Below, piece after piece: positions 60,255 to 64,000 of a stretch of DNA of 64,000 bases. Location: the NCBI GenBank assembly GCA_964494155.1, contig CAZBQX010000001.1, forward strand, positions 43,286-107,285. Reading direction: 5' to 3'. Each line of letters begins with the position of its first letter. Within the stretch, counting starts at the first letter, position 1. The notes beneath the pieces were generated by a model that was given only the letters and a program-made list of their open reading frames with translations, was not told where the DNA came from and searched no databases. The DNA comes from an uncultured Syntrophales bacterium. Its GTDB lineage: Bacteria; Desulfobacterota; Syntrophia; Syntrophales; JAAYKM01. The position numbers and the translations under genes are program-made.

Positions 60255-62024
60255 ATGGACATTTACGGATCTTTCAAATTTCTGAAGCGAAAAATTGTTA
60301 TTCGTTTACGGGACAGAGTGTGCAGCACACCGGAGGAACTCTTGTCGAGCGATCTCTTCTTCGAAGTCATGACCCGTTTCATCAATGACCTCAAGCGCCG
60401 CGAAGCCCCCCTGCTTCATATTTTCAACAAGCCTGTCGGAGAAATTGATGAAGGGGATGTCAAGCAACTCATCGAGGCTTTTCATATTTTGAGCAAAATG
60501 AAAGCCGACGCAGTACCGAAACTCATGGCCGACGGAACACGTTTCGTCCGGGATCCCTCTTTGCTGAACATGTTTGTGGAGCGTCTGTACAACTTCTGGC
60601 GTGATTTTGATCGTTTTATTATATGCGATTCGACGGGGGACCGTCTGGATCAGCGCCCATACCGTACCTTCAATGCAACAATCGAATCCCTCATGCACCT
60701 GGTCCGCCAGGTCTATCGGGAGATTCAGGAGAATATCACCGGGAACCACCCCAGCGTTTACCGCCAGATCCGGGCCGGCGCCGAAGTTGCTGTCATCGCG
60801 TTGCCCAAAGATCTGGCCTTGCCCATTGGAAGTTATCGTAAACTGATGGACGTTCCGGTAATTCGTCAAATTCTTCTTTATCCGCCCCTGCTGCTCAACC
60901 CACCGATGAACAAAAGGACCGGGAAATTCGAGCGTATCAACCAGAATCCACTCAACCTGATTGAAGTCGATCCTGATGAGTGGCTGTGTTATCCCGCGCG
61001 GATCGGTTCCCTCCTGATCCTGATCTATGTCCATGAAAAATTTTATGAACTGGGTTTTTCTCTTTGCAACCTCTTCGAACTGGCGGACGATGAAAGTCTG
61101 AACAAACCCGCCGACGCTGTTTATCTGTTCGGCGCCCCCGGATCGGAACTAGATGTTCTGGCACCAATGCCGACAGTATTCTATGATGACGAAGCCGTCG
61201 GCATGATCATCGCCGCCTGCCCAAATGACGATCAGTACGGATACTTCGGGTATCTGAAAAAGATGGCGCTGACCCTGCATAATGTAAAAGTCATGAAACA
61301 GGGGAAGATGCCCTTCCATGGTGCCCTGGTCAGAATTGTCTTAAAAGGAGATCAGGCTCTGACCCTTCTCATAATCGGCGATACGGGGGCAGGCAAATCG
61401 GAAACCCTCGAAGCATTCCGGATCATCGGTGAAAACCAAATCGAAGATATAACCATCATCGCCGACGACATGGGCTCTCTGGAAATCTCTTCGGAAGGCC
61501 GGATCATCGGATACGGAACCGAAATCGGCGCTTTTGTGCGCCTGGATGATCTGCAGCCTGGTTACGCGTTCGGACAGCTCGACCGGGCAATCATTATGAA
61601 TCCAAATCAGGTCAATGCCCGGGTGGTTTTACCGGTGACAACCTATGAAAACGTCGTCAGGGGCATCCCGGTGGATATGGTGCTTTACGCCAATAACTAT
61701 GAAGAAATCGATGAGGACCATCCCATTATCGAGCCCCTACCCTCGGCGGAAACGGCCCTGCGTGTTTTTCGTGAAGGGACCGCCATGAGCAAGGGAACAA
61801 CCACCGCAACCGGTTTGGTGCATACCTATTTTGTGAATGTATTTGGGGCGGTTCAGTATAAGGCCCTGCACGATGAAATCGCTAACAGGTTTTTCCATGC
61901 TTTCTTCGCAGAAAAAATATTCGTAGGTCAGCTCCGAACGAAGCTGGGTATCGCCGGGTGTGAAAGAAAAGCGCCCGAAGAGGCCGCACAGGCTTTGTTG
62001 CAGATGATCAGCCCGGGCAAGTGA
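60255..62024 (+). CDS. Uncharacterised protein with HPr-kinase/PEPCK-like P-loop domain
   Basis: FHGALVRIVLKGDQALTLLIIGDTGAGKSETLEAF matches the HprK pattern HG-LV...G-G-LI-G-SG-GKSE-ALEL. The roughly 340-aa N-terminal region is unrecognised. AAGAGG RBS. Confidence 0.7.
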   Translation: MDIYGSFKFLKRKIVIRLRDRVCSTPEELLSSDLFFEVMTRFINDLKRREAPLLHIFNKPVGEIDEGDVKQLIEAFHILSKMKADAVPKLMADGTRFVRDPSLLNMFVERLYNFWRDFDRFIICDSTGDRLDQRPYRTFNATIESLMHLVRQVYREIQENITGNHPSVYRQIRAGAEVAVIALPKDLALPIGSYRKLMDVPVIRQILLYPPLLLNPPMNKRTGKFERINQNPLNLIEVDPDEWLCYPARIGSLLILIYVHEKFYELGFSLCNLFELADDESLNKPADAVYLFGAPGSELDVLAPMPTVFYDDEAVGMIIAACPNDDQYGYFGYLKKMALTLHNVKVMKQGKMPFHGALVRIVLKGDQALTLLIIGDTGAGKSETLEAFRIIGENQIEDITIIADDMGSLEISSEGRIIGYGTEIGAFVRLDDLQPGYAFGQLDRAIIMNPNQVNARVVLPVTTYENVVRGIPVDMVLYANNYEEIDEDHPIIEPLPSAETALRVFREGTAMSKGTTTATGLVHTYFVNVFGAVQYKALHDEIANRFFHAFFAEKIFVGQLRTKLGIAGCERKAPEEAAQALLQMISPGK

Positions 62025-62091
62025 GAAGAACTTCTTTTAATCGCTGCCCGGAGCTTTTGGCGGATTCAGCTAATGCATGATTAACAAAAAA

Positions 62092-62134
62092 TACCTTCCG
62101 GTAACGAAATAAGCATTCGTTTCTCCGGAAGGTA
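62092..62134. terminator. Bidirectional intrinsic terminator between convergent genes
   Basis: TACCTTCCGG ... CCGGAAGGTA 10-bp stem with an inner AACGAA/TTCGTT extension. There is an A-run 5' and a T-rich tract 3'. Confidence 0.7.
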
Positions 62135-62201
62135 ATATTTTGATAAAGATATTTTCCGGCGCAACGCAACTCGAACGGGACGTGTGGCGCCGCTTTCCAA
62201 T

Positions 62202-62564
62202 CTAGTACCGGCCTCTGCCGGGACCGCCGGATCGACCGGGACCGCCCGGCCTGCCGCCCCCGGGACCGCGATTATGCGAATAGGACCCGCCCGGCCTTCC
62301 GCCTGATCCCATGTCTTTCTTGGGCCTGGCTTCATTCACGACAATCGTTTTCCCATCCAATTCCCCCCCGTTAAATTTCCTGATCGCCTCTTCGGCGCCT
62401 TGATCCGTAGCCATTTCCACAAAACCGAAACCCTTGGAAACACCTGTAAATTTATCCTTAATGATACTGACCGACTGCACATCCCCTACCGAGGAGAAGT
62501 TTGCTCTGAGATCGTCTTCACTGACCCCCTGGGAAAGATTGCCAATATATAGTTTCTTGTTCAT
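62202..62564 (-). CDS. RRM (RNP-1) RNA-binding protein with Gly/Arg/Pro-rich tail
   Basis: RNP2 LYIGNL, RNP1 KGFGFVEM, C-terminal GGRPGGSYSHNRGPGGGRPGGPGRSGGPGRGRY. Confidence 0.9.
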   Translation of the reverse strand: MNKKLYIGNLSQGVSEDDLRANFSSVGDVQSVSIIKDKFTGVSKGFGFVEMATDQGAEEAIRKFNGGELDGKTIVVNEARPKKDMGSGGRPGGSYSHNRGPGGGRPGGPGRSGGPGRGRY

Positions 62565-62905
62565 TACTCACCTCCATGTCTCGAAATCCGCCTGGGATTC
62601 CTGCTGTGTCGTCTTGAGATCGGCATGGTGGTCACTTCGCACCAAAAACGCTCTGACCTACCATTAAAATCATTTTGACCTTTATCACCGACAGATTCCT
62701 CTGCCCCCCTGCAACCCAAACTGACCTACCGGCCGTTAATCTACCATCAGATCACTGGCCCATGTCGTTTCGAAAGGAACAAAAAACCCGAACGACCGAC
62801 TTTTATATTCATCCGCAGACCTTTGCGTTGCATCACTTTCTTCTCTCCCGGCACACAGAACCTCCTCGCCTGGGAGAACCGACACAGACCTTCTATGACG
62901 AATCG

Positions 62906-62941
62906 GAAAGAAAAAACGCCATGACTCTTGAGAGCATGGCG
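62906..62941 (-). terminator. Orphan terminator-like hairpin in a 600-bp non-coding region
   Basis: On the minus strand, CGCCATG-11 nt-CATGGCG is followed by TTTTTTCTTTCC. No ORF precedes it. Confidence 0.45.
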
Positions 62942-63181
62942 GCCTAACTTGTGCGACAAAACGCCTCTACCCAGCCTGGGTCCTTCCCGGAGATGATTTC
63001 TTTTCTATCATACCATGAGAATTGTTTTCACCATTATTACGGAGCAGCGAAAAAGTCAAGGAAAGACCAGGATTTCTTTACCGTCAATTTTGAGATGAGA
63101 AATTATTTCATGCAGTAAAGTGTTTTTCACAAGCAAATACTTCATGAAATATGTTAAACATGCCGGGAAAGGAATTGAATC

Positions 63182-63550
63182 ATGTGGCTGATGACAAAAT
63201 TCGGTTTTTATTCAATCACCCGGAAAGAGCCGGGAACATACCATGTCCGATCCCGTGAAATGCACGACATCGAGAATCTCATCCGGCAAGTACCCCTCCC
63301 CGATGTGCAAATCGTCGATACAACGGGAAGCGACTACTCCGCCAGAATTGTCGTCGGCGGAAATGAGTTACTGACCATTCTGAATTTCCTTGGCACGAAT
63401 ATCGATTATGACAATTTTTCAGATACCATTGAAAAAACGCCCGACCAGGCGCATAAGCCCTATGACCGTATCGGAAACATCCTGGCCTGTTCCCTGGGTG
63501 CCTACGGTAGAAAAGGGTCATGTACCGGTGAGGGAACCGGCTCTTTTTAG
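63182..63550 (+). CDS. Hypothetical protein
   Basis: 122-aa ORF with N-terminus MTKFGFYSI. No function recognised. Confidence 0.55.
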   Translation: MWLMTKFGFYSITRKEPGTYHVRSREMHDIENLIRQVPLPDVQIVDTTGSDYSARIVVGGNELLTILNFLGTNIDYDNFSDTIEKTPDQAHKPYDRIGNILACSLGAYGRKGSCTGEGTGSF

Positions 63551-63571
63551 AAGTGATAACGGAGGCCTGAC

Positions 63572-63769
63572 ATGTTTCAATACTTGAACGAGAGAATCCG
63601 ATGTCTTACCGTCATCGATATCGCGTTGACCAAATTCGCTGTTTTTTTCTCAACCCTGATTATTATTAAACTTTTTCCACAACTCCTGATGATCAATTTT
63701 ACCGTTCTGATCGTCTTAGCCCTGCTTTGTGCAAGTAAACCGTTCCACACGTTTTGGTTTAAGTCTTAA
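63572..63769 (+). CDS. Small hydrophobic protein (2 TM)
   Basis: 65-aa ORF with two hydrophobic helices. Confidence 0.4.
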   Translation: MFQYLNERIRCLTVIDIALTKFAVFFSTLIIIKLFPQLLMINFTVLIVLALLCASKPFHTFWFKS

Positions 63770-63787
63770 TGTAATCGTTACGGAACC

Positions 63788-64000
63788 ATGAGAAAACGAC
63801 CCCTCGCCCTCACAATAATCGGCTGGATGCTGATCGCAATGGGCATCTTCGCCATGTTTGGCACGTCGGCCAACCTTAAAAACCCGCAGGTCATTGAATA
63901 CATGCGTCAATCTCCCCTGCCGCTTTCTTTCCAATACGCTATTTTGGCTGTGGGCGTCATGATCATGACCTTCAGTGGTCTGGGAATTCTAAAGGGGAAA
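63788..64000 (+). CDS. Membrane protein, 5' fragment running off the window
   Basis: The frame is open for 71 codons from the ATG at 63788 to the window end (MRKRPLALTIIGWMLIAMGIFAMFG...). Confidence 0.4.
   Translation, partial: MRKRPLALTIIGWMLIAMGIFAMFGTSANLKNPQVIEYMRQSPLPLSFQYAILAVGVMIMTFSGLGILKGK

Noticed and set aside
60306-61034. 242-aa minus-strand ORF
   Set aside because: It is antisense to the 589-aa P-loop protein gene. That gene has an RBS, and a terminator on the plus strand supports it.

Overview
Dense chromosomal window of about 60 protein genes. I recognised no rRNA, tRNA, CRISPR array or mobile element. The gene content and order suggest a delta-proteobacterial / Desulfobacterota-type genome, but that is a guess from synteny and protein motifs only.

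The left half (1-27 kb) is housekeeping:
- purF-like, aspartate aminotransferase, coaD, rsmD, asd, pssA and psd.
- The classic rpsB-tsf-pyrH-frr-uppS-cdsA-dxr-rseP block, followed by tsaB.
- argJ, secA, an EF-G paralog, mog, ligA and acyP.

The middle (27-42 kb) holds:
- Envelope and signalling genes: two M48 lipoprotein peptidases, an SH3b / M48 / CHASE2-cyclase operon and an M23/LysM peptidase.
- The phoH / 7TM-HD / ybeY cluster.
- A ThDP enzyme.

Two accessory loci stand out.

1. Biotin locus (42.7-51.9 kb), arranged as bioB <> birA-bioA-[6 genes]-bioF-bioD.
- The six inserted genes form a private FAS-II-like set: two hotdog dehydratase subunits, an SDR, an ACP-like protein, a nitroreductase-family protein and a Cys-His-His (CHH) ketosynthase.
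- The catalytic His and Glu of the FabZ-type dehydratase are split between the two small hotdog proteins.
- This is probably a BioC/BioH-independent route to the pimeloyl moiety.

2. Fap-type locus (52.0-59.3 kb), a six-gene minus-strand locus with the order and content of the Pseudomonas fapABCDEF functional-amyloid system.
- It encodes a small secreted protein, a 3-repeat protein, a larger 3-repeat protein with GN-G-N-AAG--N-Q-N repeats, a C39 peptidase, a minor repeat protein and an outer-membrane barrel followed by Skp.
- Immediately upstream lies a PilZ-domain sigma-54 enhancer-binding protein.
- The locus is preceded by a good sigma-54 -24/-12 element and two upstream direct repeats.

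All functional calls come from motif recognition by eye. No database search was run.
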